64,000 nt of DNA from an uncultured delta proteobacterium. Its GTDB lineage: Bacteria; Myxococcota_A; Polyangia; Polyangiales; Polyangiaceae. This document shows, piece after piece, positions 30,988-41,836 of this stretch. The stretch's first letter is position 1. Each line of letters begins with the position of its first letter. The stretch spans positions 288,001-352,000 of the forward strand of contig CAWKKR010000004.1 in assembly GCA_963850305.1 (NCBI GenBank), given 5' to 3'. The position numbers and the translations under genes are program-made. Below the pieces are notes generated by a model. The model had not been told where the DNA came from and ran no database searches. It saw only the letters and a program-made list of their open reading frames with translations.

Positions 30988-32547
30988 ATGGCCAAGGACC
31001 TTCCGTCGCACGGCACGAACGAGCTCGCGAAGCGACGCGAGGCGGCGCTCGCGATGGGCGGCGCAGCGAAAGTCGACCGCGTCCACGCGAACGGCAAGCT
31101 GACCGTGCGCGAGCGCATCGCCGCGCTCGTGGACGCGGAGAGCTTTCGCGAGACGGGCCTGCTCACGACGAGTGACCTGCCCGACGCCCGGCACAAGACG
31201 CCGGCCGACGGCAAGGTCTGCGGCTTCGCGCGCATCGACGGACGCACCGTCTACGTCTCGGGCGACGACGTCACCGTGCTCGCGGGTTCGGGCGGACGCG
31301 TCGGCGTCAAGAAAGATCACGACGGGATGAGATACGCGGCCGAGAAAGGCTATCCGTGCATCGCGCTCGGCGATGCGGGCGGAGCGCGCATCCCCGACAT
31401 CATGGGTGCGACCGGCATGATGAGCATGGTCTATCCCGTCGCCGGACGTCCGCGTGATCGTCACGTGCCCTTCATCGCCACGATCCTCGGCGAGTGTTAC
31501 GGCGGCCCGACGTGGAAGGCGTCCGTCGCCGACATCGTGATCCAGGTGAAGGGCGCCGTCATGGCCGTCTCGGGGCCGCCGGTGCTCGCCGCCGCGACGG
31601 GTGAGCAAGCGACGCCGGAAGAGCTCGGCGGCTGGCAGCTCCACGCGAAGCTCACCGGCGAGGTCGATCTGTTCGCCGAAGACGAGGCCGATTGCTTCCA
31701 TCTGGTGCGGCGCGTGCTCTCCTATCTGCCGAACAACGCGGACGAGCTACCGCCGGTCGTGAAAACGGGAGACCCCGCCGACCGCCGTCTCGATGACATC
31801 CTGGGCGTGCTGCCCGAGCGCGCGCAGGTCGCCTACGACATGCACAAGCTCGTCGCGCGGATCTTCGATGCCGATAGCGTGCTCGAGCTGAAGCCGTTCT
31901 ACGATCCTAGCCTCATCACGGCGCTCGCGCGGCTCGACGGACACACCGTGGGCGTCCTCGCGAACAACCCGAGAGAGCGAGCGGGCGCGATGGGTCCGGG
32001 CGCTTGCGAAAAGGCCGCGGCTTTCATTTGCTTGTGCGACTCTTTCCACGTCCCTCTCGTGTTTTTGCACGATACACCGGGCTTTTTCGTCAGCCGGGCC
32101 GCCGAAGAAAAGAAGATGCCGCTGCGGATCATGACGTTCATCGAGGCATTGCATCACAGCACCGTGCCGCGGCTCTCGGTGGTGATCCGGAAATCCTACG
32201 GCATGGCCCACTGCAACATGAGCGGCGGCAACATGCGCAGCGACGCGCTCTACGCCTGGCCGACCGCGGATGTCTCTTTCATGGCGCCCGAGGTCGCGGC
32301 GAACGTCGTCTTCGGCCGCAAAGTGGAAGACTTTGCCGAACCCGACGGCCCGCGCGCCGCGCTCGTCGAGCAAATGAAGCACCTCAACGCGCCGTGGGAT
32401 GCCGCCGGACTCGGCCTCTTCCACGACGTCATCGATCCCCGGGACACGCGCCGCGTCCTGAGCGAATCCCTGACCCGCGCGCTCGGCCCGGGTGGCGACC
32501 GCGGCAAGAGTCGGAGGTCGCTCGCAACCTGGCCGCGGATGTTCTGA
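30988..32547 (+). CDS. Acyl-CoA carboxylase carboxyltransferase (beta) subunit
   Basis: GKLTVRERI, DAGGARI, EELGG, DTPGF, IRKSYG, AWPTA, DVIDPRDTR. Confidence 0.9.
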   Translation: MAKDLPSHGTNELAKRREAALAMGGAAKVDRVHANGKLTVRERIAALVDAESFRETGLLTTSDLPDARHKTPADGKVCGFARIDGRTVYVSGDDVTVLAGSGGRVGVKKDHDGMRYAAEKGYPCIALGDAGGARIPDIMGATGMMSMVYPVAGRPRDRHVPFIATILGECYGGPTWKASVADIVIQVKGAVMAVSGPPVLAAATGEQATPEELGGWQLHAKLTGEVDLFAEDEADCFHLVRRVLSYLPNNADELPPVVKTGDPADRRLDDILGVLPERAQVAYDMHKLVARIFDADSVLELKPFYDPSLITALARLDGHTVGVLANNPRERAGAMGPGACEKAAAFICLCDSFHVPLVFLHDTPGFFVSRAAEEKKMPLRIMTFIEALHHSTVPRLSVVIRKSYGMAHCNMSGGNMRSDALYAWPTADVSFMAPEVAANVVFGRKVEDFAEPDGPRAALVEQMKHLNAPWDAAGLGLFHDVIDPRDTRRVLSESLTRALGPGGDRGKSRRSLATWPRMF

Positions 32548-32671
32548 TCGGGTCACGTGCTCCCACGGCCGGCCTGCGCACGTGGAAGTGGAAAAATGAG
32601 CCTATGCCGTTGCTCGCCGGAAGACAGGAACATCACGAAAGCTGCGACGAGCTGTCCGCGAGGGGAAGATC

Positions 32672-33364
32672 ATGCAACTGAACCTACCCGTTCTCGATCG
32701 ATACGCTCCGTTCCTCGGCAAACGTCGTCCGAGCGTAGCCCTCGCGTTCGAACGCATTGCCACCAAGAAGAACCCGATCATCGTCGAACTCGGCGCGTCT
32801 CGCAGCTATGTCAGCGGCGGAAATGAAGGTTGCATGGACGATGACCCAAAGTACTGGGATTCCACTCGACCGGAGCGATGGGACTGGGGCGCAGGGATTT
32901 TTAGTCGCGTTTGCGCCGAGGTGATTGCGGGCACCGGTGCGTCGCTTCATTCGATCGACCCTTCTCCGAAAGCCATGCGCATCTCGAAAATGATCACGAG
33001 CGGCATCGACGCCAACGTTTCGTTCCATCAAACGACGTCGACGGAATTCTTGCGCTCGCTGGGCGAGCCGATCGATTTACTCTATATGGATCACCACGAA
33101 ACCTGCGAAGAAGGCGCATTGCTTCATCAGATGGACGCCGAGCTCATCGTCGAGCAAGCGCTCATTGCGGGGGATGGGACGATCTTGATCGACGACATCC
33201 ACGTAGACGGACCCGTACGTGAACGCGCGACGCGGATCTTTCGCGGGCTCGTCGGGAAAGGCCATTTACACTACGGCAAGGGCAAGTACTCGATTCCGTA
33301 CCTATGCGACCATGGCTTCGAAGTGCTCTACGCGGGTTACCAGGTCGTCCTCGGTTCGAAGTAA
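32672..33364 (+). CDS. Class I SAM-dependent methyltransferase-like protein
   Basis: IVELG, SID, IDLLYMD, ILIDD, GKG pattern; visibly lower GC than the flanks. Confidence 0.65.
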   Translation: MQLNLPVLDRYAPFLGKRRPSVALAFERIATKKNPIIVELGASRSYVSGGNEGCMDDDPKYWDSTRPERWDWGAGIFSRVCAEVIAGTGASLHSIDPSPKAMRISKMITSGIDANVSFHQTTSTEFLRSLGEPIDLLYMDHHETCEEGALLHQMDAELIVEQALIAGDGTILIDDIHVDGPVRERATRIFRGLVGKGHLHYGKGKYSIPYLCDHGFEVLYAGYQVVLGSK

Positions 33365-33392
33365 CGGGTCCGGGCTTCCAACGCATCGTCCT

Positions 33393-34247
33393 TCAGCGCG
33401 CGTCCGCGACCCAGTCGGCCCAGTTCGTGTTCTCGTTGCAATAGCCCTCGATGTAGCTGCGGAGATCGTGCACGGACACCGAGCCGCTCCCGAGAGCCAG
33501 GCGACCGGTATCCCCCATGTCGACGACCACGAACCCGCTGGTCGTCGAGAATTTCATCGCGTACAGGCCCGGGACGGTGCCGCCGCAGCCGCCCGGCAGG
33601 TCGGTCGTGCACGGCAATCGCACGTGGTCGACGCTGTATCCCAGATCCGCCGCGAGACCGCCTCCGTCGTCGGCGGCGACGTACAGTCCCGACGCGGCCT
33701 TCGCCGGATTCTGCTTTCCGCCGAGTGCATCGAGACTCGACACGACGATGTCCGTCGAGCACCCGAGGGTCGAGCATTTGCGCACGAAATGCACGTGCGC
33801 GAGCGCAGTGGGCATAATCGCCTCAGAAAGGTCTAGCCCCAGGGCATCGATGGTCACACTCGAATCGGAGCTTTCGCCGACTGGGCGGATCGAAAATTGC
33901 GAAATGCCGACGGCGTCCACCTCACCGTCGAACGCAAAGTCGGCATTCGACGTCGGGTCGCCCGCGTTCAGAGCAGCGTCGCTCGAAACGAGGTCGATGT
34001 ACGCCGCATCCGACGTCATTCTGCATGCGAGATTTCCCGCACCCGAATCCACGCCGGAGGATGCAGTTGACACGGTTCCGGCGGGTGCCCCTCGAGCGCC
34101 GGTGCCCGCGTCCGACTCGGACACCGGGATCGGATCTCTCGACCCGTCGCCTGGTGGGACGCCCGTGCAACCGCTCGAAGAGCCCGTGATCAGCGTGGCC
34201 ACGACCAAACCAGGGAGACCAGCAGCACTGTTGCGAATGATCGACAT
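33393..34247 (-). CDS. Hypothetical lipoprotein
   Basis: MSIIRNSAAGLPGLVVATLITGSSSGC followed by a Gly/Ser/Asp linker and a Cys-containing domain. Confidence 0.6.
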   Translation of the reverse strand: MSIIRNSAAGLPGLVVATLITGSSSGCTGVPPGDGSRDPIPVSESDAGTGARGAPAGTVSTASSGVDSGAGNLACRMTSDAAYIDLVSSDAALNAGDPTSNADFAFDGEVDAVGISQFSIRPVGESSDSSVTIDALGLDLSEAIMPTALAHVHFVRKCSTLGCSTDIVVSSLDALGGKQNPAKAASGLYVAADDGGGLAADLGYSVDHVRLPCTTDLPGGCGGTVPGLYAMKFSTTSGFVVVDMGDTGRLALGSGSVSVHDLRSYIEGYCNENTNWADWVADAR

Positions 34248-34261
34248 GGGGCAATCGCACG

Positions 34262-34277
34262 AGCACGCGACGTGCCA
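34262..34277 (-). promoter_or_regulatory. Possible sigma54 promoter (TGGCACGTCGCGTGCT)
   Basis: TGGCAC with exact GG-N10-GC spacing just upstream of ATG 34247; the implied leader is very short. Confidence 0.35.
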
Positions 34278-34461
34278 CGAGACTCGAAACGCGCGAGATG
34301 AAGTGACCCGCGAGTGAGACGAAACGAGGAATGCCAGCACCAGGAGTGTCGCGCCGGGGTGCCGAGGGTAAGCCTCTGTTGCGTGACGGAGCGCGCGCTC
34401 CGGGTGCCCCAATCGAGATCGGAATGGAAGTCGCGGGAGACCGGAGCCCTCTCCCCCTCTC

Positions 34462-35808
34462 CTACCGCAACGTGACGATCTCCTCCGCCGACGTCGGGTG
34501 AATCGCGATCGTGCGGTCGAGATCGGCCTTGGTCGCGCCCATGCGGAACGCGACGGCGAAGCCCTGGATCATCTCGTCGGCACCGATGCCGATGACGTGA
34601 ATACCGACGACGCGTTCTTCGGGACCCGCGGTGATGAGCTTGACGGTCGTCTTCGGCTTTCGTGCCGTGAGCGCGTAGTGCAGGCTCGTGAACTTGCGGA
34701 TGTATACTTTCATGCTCGAGCCGTACTTGGCGAGCGCGGCCTCCTCACGGAGGCCCACGGTACCGACGGGCGGCTGGCTGAAGACGACGGTGGGCACGCC
34801 TTCGTAGTCGATACGCGCCTCCGTCTCGCCGCCGAAGAGGCGATCGGCGAGCTTGCGGCCCGCGGCGATCGCAACGGGCGTGAGCTGCACGCGGCCAGTA
34901 ACGTCTCCGACGGCGTGAATGCCGGACGCGGTGGTGTTCTGAAAGTCGTCCGCGACGACGTGACCCTCTGCCGTCGTTTCGATGCGCGCGACATCCAGGC
35001 CGATGCCCGACGAGTTCGGCGTGCGGCCGATCGCAGCTATCACGCAGTCGTAAGGTCCGCGCCGCGAACCGTCCGCGAGCTCGAGGCTCAGCGCCGAGCC
35101 CCGCTCGCGCTCGAGACTCGCGATGCGGGTATTGCGTTCGAGCGCGATGCCGGCGTCCGTCAGATGCTCGGCGAGCGCGGCGCGCAGCGTCGGGTCGAAC
35201 CCGCGCAGCGGTTCGGTGTCGCGGAAGAGGAGTCTCACGTCGGATCCGAGCCGTTGCAAGATGCCCGCGAGCTCGACGGCGATGTACCCACTCCCGATCA
35301 CGGCGACCCGAGCCGGTAGCGATTCGAGCTCGAAGAAGCCGTCGGAGGTCGTGCAGAGTTCCGCGCCCCGAAATTCGGGGAGGCGGGGACGCGCACCGGT
35401 GGCGAGCAAGATGCGATCAGCCGAGTATTTGCGGCCAGCCACGTCGAGGACGTGCGGCTCGATGAAGCATCCGCGTCCTTCGATGCGCGTCACGCCCTCG
35501 TGTTCCAGGTTGCGGGCGTAGACCGCGTTCAGGAAGCGGACATAGGCGTCGCGGCCCGCCTTGAGGCGCGCGAAGTCGAGCGCACCCGGCGAGACGTCGA
35601 AGCCGTACTCCGCGGCTTCCCCGACCGCTTCGGCGAGCGTCGCGGCCGTCCACATGATCTTCTTTGGAACGCAGCCGACGTTGACGCACGTGCCGCCGAG
35701 CTTTCCGGCCTCGACTAGCGCGACCTTCGCTCCGTACGACGCTGCCCGACGCGCCGACGCGACGCCGCCGCTGCCGCCGCCGAGAACCAGGTAGTCGAAT
35801 CGATCCAT
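34462..35808 (-). CDS. gor: Glutathione-disulfide reductase
   Basis: [45 protein letters not shown]. Confidence 0.93.
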   Translation of the reverse strand: MDRFDYLVLGGGSGGVASARRAASYGAKVALVEAGKLGGTCVNVGCVPKKIMWTAATLAEAVGEAAEYGFDVSPGALDFARLKAGRDAYVRFLNAVYARNLEHEGVTRIEGRGCFIEPHVLDVAGRKYSADRILLATGARPRLPEFRGAELCTTSDGFFELESLPARVAVIGSGYIAVELAGILQRLGSDVRLLFRDTEPLRGFDPTLRAALAEHLTDAGIALERNTRIASLERERGSALSLELADGSRRGPYDCVIAAIGRTPNSSGIGLDVARIETTAEGHVVADDFQNTTASGIHAVGDVTGRVQLTPVAIAAGRKLADRLFGGETEARIDYEGVPTVVFSQPPVGTVGLREEAALAKYGSSMKVYIRKFTSLHYALTARKPKTTVKLITAGPEERVVGIHVIGIGADEMIQGFAVAFRMGATKADLDRTIAIHPTSAEEIVTLR

Positions 35809-35932
35809 GAACTCGTGGTCGCGCCTCGATAAGCTCATATACCAGCGCGGCGCGATCTCGAGTGACGTTCGCTCGCGGAATGCCGGTTTCTTGGGGCGTC
35901 GCGGCGCGTCGTGCCACCGTTTCGTTCCCGCG

Positions 35933-36625
35933 ATGACACGATCCCGGACGGCACCACTCGCTCTTGCAGCCGCTTACGCGCTGTCGGGATGCACGCGCGC
36001 GGCCCAGCCGGCGGCCGCGCCTTCCGGGATCGGGACGACGCTCACGGAAGCGCGCGCCGCACACGGAGCACCCCGGGTCGCGCGACGCGGGCATCGCGGC
36101 GAGAAGAGTCGTCAGATCCCGGACGGACCCGAGTGCCTCGAGCAGCTCGAGGCAGACGACATTGCGTTCCACGAGCTCGCTCCGCGAGCCGGCATGACGA
36201 CGCCCGTTGCGGTGACCGGACCGATCGGCGGCGTGCGCTACGAGATGAACGGCAACGGCGCTCTCGTGTGCGATTGCCGGCTGGCCGTTGCGCTCGACGA
36301 GATCGGGCCCGAGCTCCGTGGATTCGGCGTGGAAGCCGTGCGGCACTCCGGCGCCTACGTCTATCGAACGACGAAGCGCGGCGGGCCGAGTCTCCACGCC
36401 AGGGGACTCGCCATCGACGTCCACGAAGTCCGCGTCGGAACGCACAGACTGAACGTCCTCCACGACTACGCTCGCGGCGAAACCTCCAACTGTGCCGCGA
36501 GTGCCCCCCTCCTCAACCGTCTCGCGTGCGAGCTCGATCGCACCGGACTCTTCCAACAAGTGCTGACCCCCGATGATAATTATGATCACCGCGATCACGT
36601 ACATCTGGCGATCGCGCCGCTCTAA
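35933..36625 (+). CDS. Extensin-like C-terminal domain lipoprotein (peptidase M15-like fold)
   Basis: LSGC lipobox; [11 protein letters not shown] and HRDHVHL motifs. Confidence 0.78.
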   Translation: MTRSRTAPLALAAAYALSGCTRAAQPAAAPSGIGTTLTEARAAHGAPRVARRGHRGEKSRQIPDGPECLEQLEADDIAFHELAPRAGMTTPVAVTGPIGGVRYEMNGNGALVCDCRLAVALDEIGPELRGFGVEAVRHSGAYVYRTTKRGGPSLHARGLAIDVHEVRVGTHRLNVLHDYARGETSNCAASAPLLNRLACELDRTGLFQQVLTPDDNYDHRDHVHLAIAPL

Positions 36626-36663
36626 CTCGGCCGCGAGTCGAGCGGAGTCGACCCGGCTGCAGA

Positions 36664-37353
36664 TCAGCCGAACCGCGCCGTCAGAAGCCGCGCGGTGAAC
36701 TGCGTTCGCAGGTAGAAGCCTCGCGGGAGCGTCGCGAAGACGACCCCGTCCGGGTCGACGCCGCGCCGCCGCGAGGCGGCGCTGGCCGCCTTGGGTCTGA
36801 CCTGGAGAAATTGCCCCAGGTGCCCGCTGATCCGCTCGACGTCGCCGCGCCCGATGATGCCCGCGAGCTCCTCCCAGTCCGCGCGAAGAGCCGTCTCTTC
36901 GGCATCGCTCGGGCTCCAGAAGAAGGGCGTGCCGATCCGGCGCGAAGCGACGGGAAGGGCCCGTTCGCCCTCGACCGGAACCCACAGCACGCGGGCGAGC
37001 TTGCGGCGAACGAGCGACGATTCCCAGTCGGCGTCGGCGATCCGTCGCAGATCGATCGTGCAGACGAAGGTCGATTCACGGGGCGCGCCCGACGTGCCGA
37101 CGGGCAACGTCTTCAATTCGATGGACAGCGCTTCGAAATCGGGGGCCGCACGCGACGCGGCGCTGCCACCGAGCGCGCGCTCCACGAGCTCCCCGACGAA
37201 CCCCTTCGCGCGGCGCAGATCCGGGGGCACCGCGACGCCGAAGCGGGCGGCGACGTCGGCGAGGCAAAGCCCGGAAAGCGCATCGGCGCGGTCGCGGAGT
37301 TCCGCTTCCGACCGGGGCGGCTCGACGCGGTTCAAGACGGGGGCGATCCTCAT
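36664..37353 (-). CDS. mutH: DNA mismatch repair endonuclease MutH
   Basis: Collinear with recalled E. coli MutH: PPRSEAEL, KGFVGELVE, PDF...IELKTLPV, ESTFVC, RRKLARVLWVPVEG, DWEEL, LQVRPKAA, LPRGFYLR; ATG overlaps the sppA stop. Confidence 0.92.
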   Translation of the reverse strand: MRIAPVLNRVEPPRSEAELRDRADALSGLCLADVAARFGVAVPPDLRRAKGFVGELVERALGGSAASRAAPDFEALSIELKTLPVGTSGAPRESTFVCTIDLRRIADADWESSLVRRKLARVLWVPVEGERALPVASRRIGTPFFWSPSDAEETALRADWEELAGIIGRGDVERISGHLGQFLQVRPKAASAASRRRGVDPDGVVFATLPRGFYLRTQFTARLLTARFG

Positions 37354-39053
37354 TCCAGGCGAATGTCGAACGGAAGGAGCGCGAGCACCCGCTCCCCGGA
37401 GAAGTATTCTGCGAGCGCGAGGGGTCGGGCCAGGAGCTCGGGGAGCCCGCCGTTCGCTCCCCGCCACGCGATCCGGACGGGCAAGCCGCGCCGCCCGACT
37501 CGCGGGCGAACGATGCGGAGTGGCGCGTCCGGATCCTTGCCGAGTATCGTCCGCACCTTCGCGAGCGCTTCGGCAAGTCCGCCATGGGCATCGACCAGGC
37601 CGTTTGCCAGAGCCTGACGCCCGGTCCACACGCGGCCCTCCGCCACGGCACGGATCTCTTCGACCGTGCGCCCCCGGCCCTCCGCCATGCGCGCGAGAAA
37701 GTGACCGTAGTGCGCGTCGAGATCGGCCTCGAGCTTCGCGAGATCGTCCTCGGTGAACGGGCGGGCTTCCGAGAAGAATCCGGCGCGGCGCCCGCGTGCG
37801 ACGAGCTCTTTCTTGATGCCGAGCCTCTCGTAGAGGAGGCTTGCGTCGAATTTCCCGGCCAGAACGCCGATGGAGCCAGTGATCGTCGTGGGCGATGCGA
37901 AGATCGTCGCGCCACGAATACCGGCCACGAAGTAGCCGCCGGAGGCCGCGACGTCCACCATCGAGACGACGAGAGGCTTCGACTTCGACGCGCGGGTGAG
38001 CGCGCGCCACATCGAATCGCTCGCGAGCGCGCTTCCGCCCGGTGAATCTACGCGGAGGACGATGGCTTGCACGCGAGGATCTTCGGCAAGGGCGTCGACG
38101 CTCTCGATGAAGTGGCGTGAGCCTGTCGCGCGCACTCCGCTCCGCCCAGGGACACTGGCGCCGCTCTTGATGGCGCCCTTCACGTCGACGAGCGCAACGC
38201 GGAGCCCTTTCCCGCGCTTCATCAGATGCGTGCTCAGGCGGAGGTACGCGTCGAGCGAGAGGGACCGCCACTTCCCGACACTTTCCTTCAGCGCTTGCTC
38301 GACCTCGTCCCTGTAAGCGACGGTATCGACGAATCCGAGAGCCTGGGCTTCCGACGCCAGAAACGGTCCGGTGTCCAGCCGGGCGCGGACGTCGTCCGGC
38401 GAGAGCCGGCGCGACGAGGCGATTCTGCCGACCAGTTGCTCGTAGAGATCACCGACGAGCGCCTCCGTCATTTCCCGGTTCGCGGCGGTCATCTCGCTCT
38501 CACCGAAGGTCTCCCGCGCGCTCTTGTACTTTCCGCGTGCGCGGAGCCACGAACGGATGCCGATGCGATCGAGGGCGCCCTTGAGAAACACCACCTCGGA
38601 AGCGACGCCCGTTAGATTCAGCGCGCCCCCGGGCGCCAGGACGATCTCCGTGCCGCCGAGCGCGACGAAATGAGCACCGAGCCCCGCCTCCTCCATGTAA
38701 ACGACGACGCGCTTGCCGGCGTCCCGAACCCGCGCGAGCGCGGCTCGGACTTCGTCTGCGCGCGCGAGCCCGGCGGAAAGCGGGCCGATCTCGACGAAGA
38801 CCGCTTGCAGTCGGTCATCTCGAGCGGCGCGTTCGAGCGCGACGATCAAATCGAGAAGCGCCGCCCCTCGCGACTCCCCCAGCAACGCCGTCGCGAACGA
38901 CGCCGCACCTCGCTTGTCCCGGATGGCTCCGTCGAGACGCAAGGTGAGCACGTCGTACCCGCGGACCAGGACGTAGAGCCGCCGGAAGAGCCACGCGACG
39001 AGGCGGAACGGAAACGAGAGGAGCCCAAGAAGAAGCCGCATTTCGAGGGTCAT
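37350..39053 (-). CDS. sppA: Signal peptide peptidase SppA (protease IV, long type)
   Basis: GKYKSA, LRVDSPGGSA, AASGGY, TITGSIGV, AEGRVWTG.QA. Confidence 0.92.
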   Translation of the reverse strand: MTLEMRLLLGLLSFPFRLVAWLFRRLYVLVRGYDVLTLRLDGAIRDKRGAASFATALLGESRGAALLDLIVALERAARDDRLQAVFVEIGPLSAGLARADEVRAALARVRDAGKRVVVYMEEAGLGAHFVALGGTEIVLAPGGALNLTGVASEVVFLKGALDRIGIRSWLRARGKYKSARETFGESEMTAANREMTEALVGDLYEQLVGRIASSRRLSPDDVRARLDTGPFLASEAQALGFVDTVAYRDEVEQALKESVGKWRSLSLDAYLRLSTHLMKRGKGLRVALVDVKGAIKSGASVPGRSGVRATGSRHFIESVDALAEDPRVQAIVLRVDSPGGSALASDSMWRALTRASKSKPLVVSMVDVAASGGYFVAGIRGATIFASPTTITGSIGVLAGKFDASLLYERLGIKKELVARGRRAGFFSEARPFTEDDLAKLEADLDAHYGHFLARMAEGRGRTVEEIRAVAEGRVWTGRQALANGLVDAHGGLAEALAKVRTILGKDPDAPLRIVRPRVGRRGLPVRIAWRGANGGLPELLARPLALAEYFSGERVLALLPFDIRLE

Positions 39054-39076
39054 GGTACACCGTGCGAGTCACGTCG

Positions 39077-40670
39077 ATGCTCCCGTCGTCCGTCCGCGAG
39101 TGGCCCCGCACGAAGCTCGTCTGCGGCGCCATTCCCCTGGCCATCGCGGCTTGCGCGCGTGCGGAAGCTCGCTCGAATGCTGGACCTCCGCCCCAAAGCT
39201 CGATGGAACGGCCGCCGGTCCGCACTGCATCGGCACCCCGGACGCTCGGGGTCGCACGACTCGCGCCGAGAACCGTCGAGATGCCGCGCACGGACGAGGC
39301 AAAGCCCCGCGTTTACGCCAAGTCGCGGATCGTGTGGATTCGCTCTCACCCTGCCTGGAGCTCGGAGTGGCTGGGCTATCTCGTCGCTGGTACTTCGGTC
39401 GCGCTCGCCGACGGTAGACCCATTTATGCTCGCGGCTGTGATGCCTGGTACGCGGTGGTTCCGCGCGGGTACGTCTGCGTCGATCATCGGCGTGCGACGC
39501 TCGAATCCCACGGACCCCGAATTCGTCGCCGTGGAGGCGCGAAGCGCGGACTTCTCGAAGACCGAGCCGTACCGATACGCTCGCTCGCTGGGAGCGGAGC
39601 GCTACGACAGCTTGCCCGATCGGGAGACGCAGCAGGCACGGGAGCCGGATCTGGAACGTCACCTCGAGCTCGTCGAACGCGCGGCGCGAGGCGGGTCGCT
39701 GGATCCGATGCTGGACGGCGTGGACTTGACGGCCGCGCCCGACGACGCCGTCGCGTTCGCGCGGCTGCCCGTGGAGCTGCAGATTCAGCGCCGGACCGTG
39801 CCGCCGGACTCGACCCTCGCCTTCGTGGGCGACTTCAATCACGACGGGCGAGCGTTCCTGCTGACCTCGGATTTCGTGTGGGTGCCGAAAGATCGGGTCG
39901 TGCCGTTTCGCCCGACGACCTTCCGCGGCGTGGCGCTGGATGACGACGTGCACTTACCGCTCGCGTTCGTCCGGGAGCACGACGCGCCCGCGTTCCGCAT
40001 GGATGCGACGGGAAAGCTCGTGCCCACGGCGCGGATATTTCCGCGGCTGAGCTGCGTGGGCCTATCTGGACGGCGCGCCGAAATGGACGGCGTCACCTAC
40101 CTCGAAACGCGCGCGAACGGCGCATGGGTGCTCGACGCCGATGCCGTCCAGCCGGAGCTGCGTGAACGCACGCCCTGGGGTGCCCGGGTCGGCATCCCCG
40201 ACGATGCGCCGTCGCGGCCGCGGGGCCACGCGCGCTGGCTCGAGGCCAGCGTGTATGGAGGTTGGCTCGTTGCTTACGAGGACACGCGACCCGTTTACGT
40301 GACGCTCGTTTCCCCGGGACGCGGTGGAGCCGCGCGGAGCAGTGCACAGCACCTGGAAACTCTCTCGTCTACCCCGCTCGGACAGTTCGCGATCACGGGG
40401 AAGTTCGTCACGGCGACGATGGACGGGCCGCATGGTGACACTCACGCGGAAGTGCCATGGGTCCAGAACTTCTTCGGCGCGCACGCGCTCCACGCGGCGT
40501 ACTGGCACGACGCCTGGGGCGAGCGCGTCAGCGACGGGTGTCTGAACCTGTCACCAGAAGACGCACACTGGCTCTTCGGCTTCACCGAGCCGGTGATGCC
40601 CGCAAACTGGCACGGAGTGCGATGGTCGTCTGCTCTTGGTCCCCCAACGTGGGTGCTGGTGCGTCGGTAG
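39077..40670 (+). CDS. L,D-transpeptidase (YkuD) family protein; +1 frameshift at 39503-39507
   Basis: C-terminal ALHAAYWH...SDGCLNL motif; removing one A from GAATC gives RATLDPTDPEF and a 530-aa ORF. Confidence 0.85.
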
Positions 40671-40786
40671 CTCGCCCTTCCCACAAGCTCGCACGAAAAT
40701 GAGCCTCTCGCTCTTCTCTCCGGGCCACGATTCGTTAGGCTTGGGACGGTTCGAGAGGCGACCGAAATGCCCCGGACCCAATCACG

Positions 40787-41437
40787 ATGAGCGACGAACC
40801 CGATTCTTTGAAGCTCCGCGCAGAACTCGAAGCCGCACTCGCCGACCGCGACGCGATGGTCGAAGAGCTCGAGCGCCGCACCGCGCAGATGGCGAGCGAA
40901 CGACGGTTGCTCGAGGAGGAGCAAGATCGTTTCGTGTCGCGACTCCTCGTCACGCACGAGCGCGAGCTCCGGAGGGTCCGCGCCGAACTCGACGAGGCAA
41001 GGACCCTGCTCCCGAGACTCGAGGACAGAGTCTCGAAGGAGCAGTCGACCGTGACGCGCCTTCGTGAGGAACGCGATGCGGCGCGCGTGCGAGTCGAACG
41101 AGCACTGGAGCAACGTGAAGCGATGCGCGCCGAACTGAATGCTGCCATCGCCGGGCGAGAGGCCCTGCAGGCGCAACTCGACATCCTCCGGGGAGATCTC
41201 GTGCTCGCGCGATCGATGCTCGAAGACGTCATGCTCGTCGATGCGACGCCCACTCCGATGAGCCCCGCGCGCACGGGCGAGCCGCCCGCCGTGGCCGTTC
41301 CGCGCGAGAGCGAGATCCGACGACCGGGCCGAGGTCGTCACAGCGCACCGCCCAGCACGCGCGAGCGCGAAGGATGGAGGCGGACGGACGCGCCCCGCGC
41401 GACCGGGACGTCGCGAGACAGCCGTCCACCACGCTAG
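40787..41437 (+). CDS. Coiled-coil hypothetical protein
   Basis: Heptad E/R/L-rich helix with a disordered tail. Confidence 0.7.
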   Translation: MSDEPDSLKLRAELEAALADRDAMVEELERRTAQMASERRLLEEEQDRFVSRLLVTHERELRRVRAELDEARTLLPRLEDRVSKEQSTVTRLREERDAARVRVERALEQREAMRAELNAAIAGREALQAQLDILRGDLVLARSMLEDVMLVDATPTPMSPARTGEPPAVAVPRESEIRRPGRGRHSAPPSTREREGWRRTDAPRATGTSRDSRPPR

Positions 41438-41530
41438 CCGTCTGGCGGTCGTCCTCCCGGAACACAGCCTCGCTCGGTCGGGCGAACCCTGTCGCGAGCC
41501 TCGGTTGCGACAAGGGCCTGTCGCGACGGC

Positions 41531-41836
41531 TCAGAAACCGAGCTGCTTCTTGCGCTCCTCGGCTCCGGGGTAAGCGTCTCCGGTCGCGTTGATGACCGGG
41601 AGCTTCTTCGCCTTTTCCGCGTTCACCGGCACCCACTCGCGAAGTTCGTCGGGCAGCTGCGATTCGTCGTAGATGGCTTCCACCGGGCACTCTGGAACGC
41701 AGGCACCGCAGTCGATGCACTCGTCGGGATCGATGTAGAGCATCTCGTCGTCCGCGTGGAAGCAGTCCACCGGGCAGACGGCGACACAATCCGTGAAGCG
41801 GCATCGCTTGCAGTTATCGGTGACGACGAAGGTCAT
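41531..41836 (-). CDS. fdxA: 7Fe ([3Fe-4S][4Fe-4S]) ferredoxin
   Basis: MTFVVTDNCKRCRFTDCVAVCPVDCF...IDPDECIDCGACVPECPVEAI. Confidence 0.92.
   Translation of the reverse strand: MTFVVTDNCKRCRFTDCVAVCPVDCFHADDEMLYIDPDECIDCGACVPECPVEAIYDESQLPDELREWVPVNAEKAKKLPVINATGDAYPGAEERKKQLGF

Noticed and set aside
32672..33364. The GATC DNA methyltransferase
   Set aside because: Lacks the DPPY/NPPY/SPPY or PC catalytic motifs of DNA methylases; looks like a small-molecule methyltransferase fold.
36664..37353. Sau3AI-type restriction-modification system
   Set aside because: Single MutH-length domain closely following MutH motifs; no adjacent methyltransferase.
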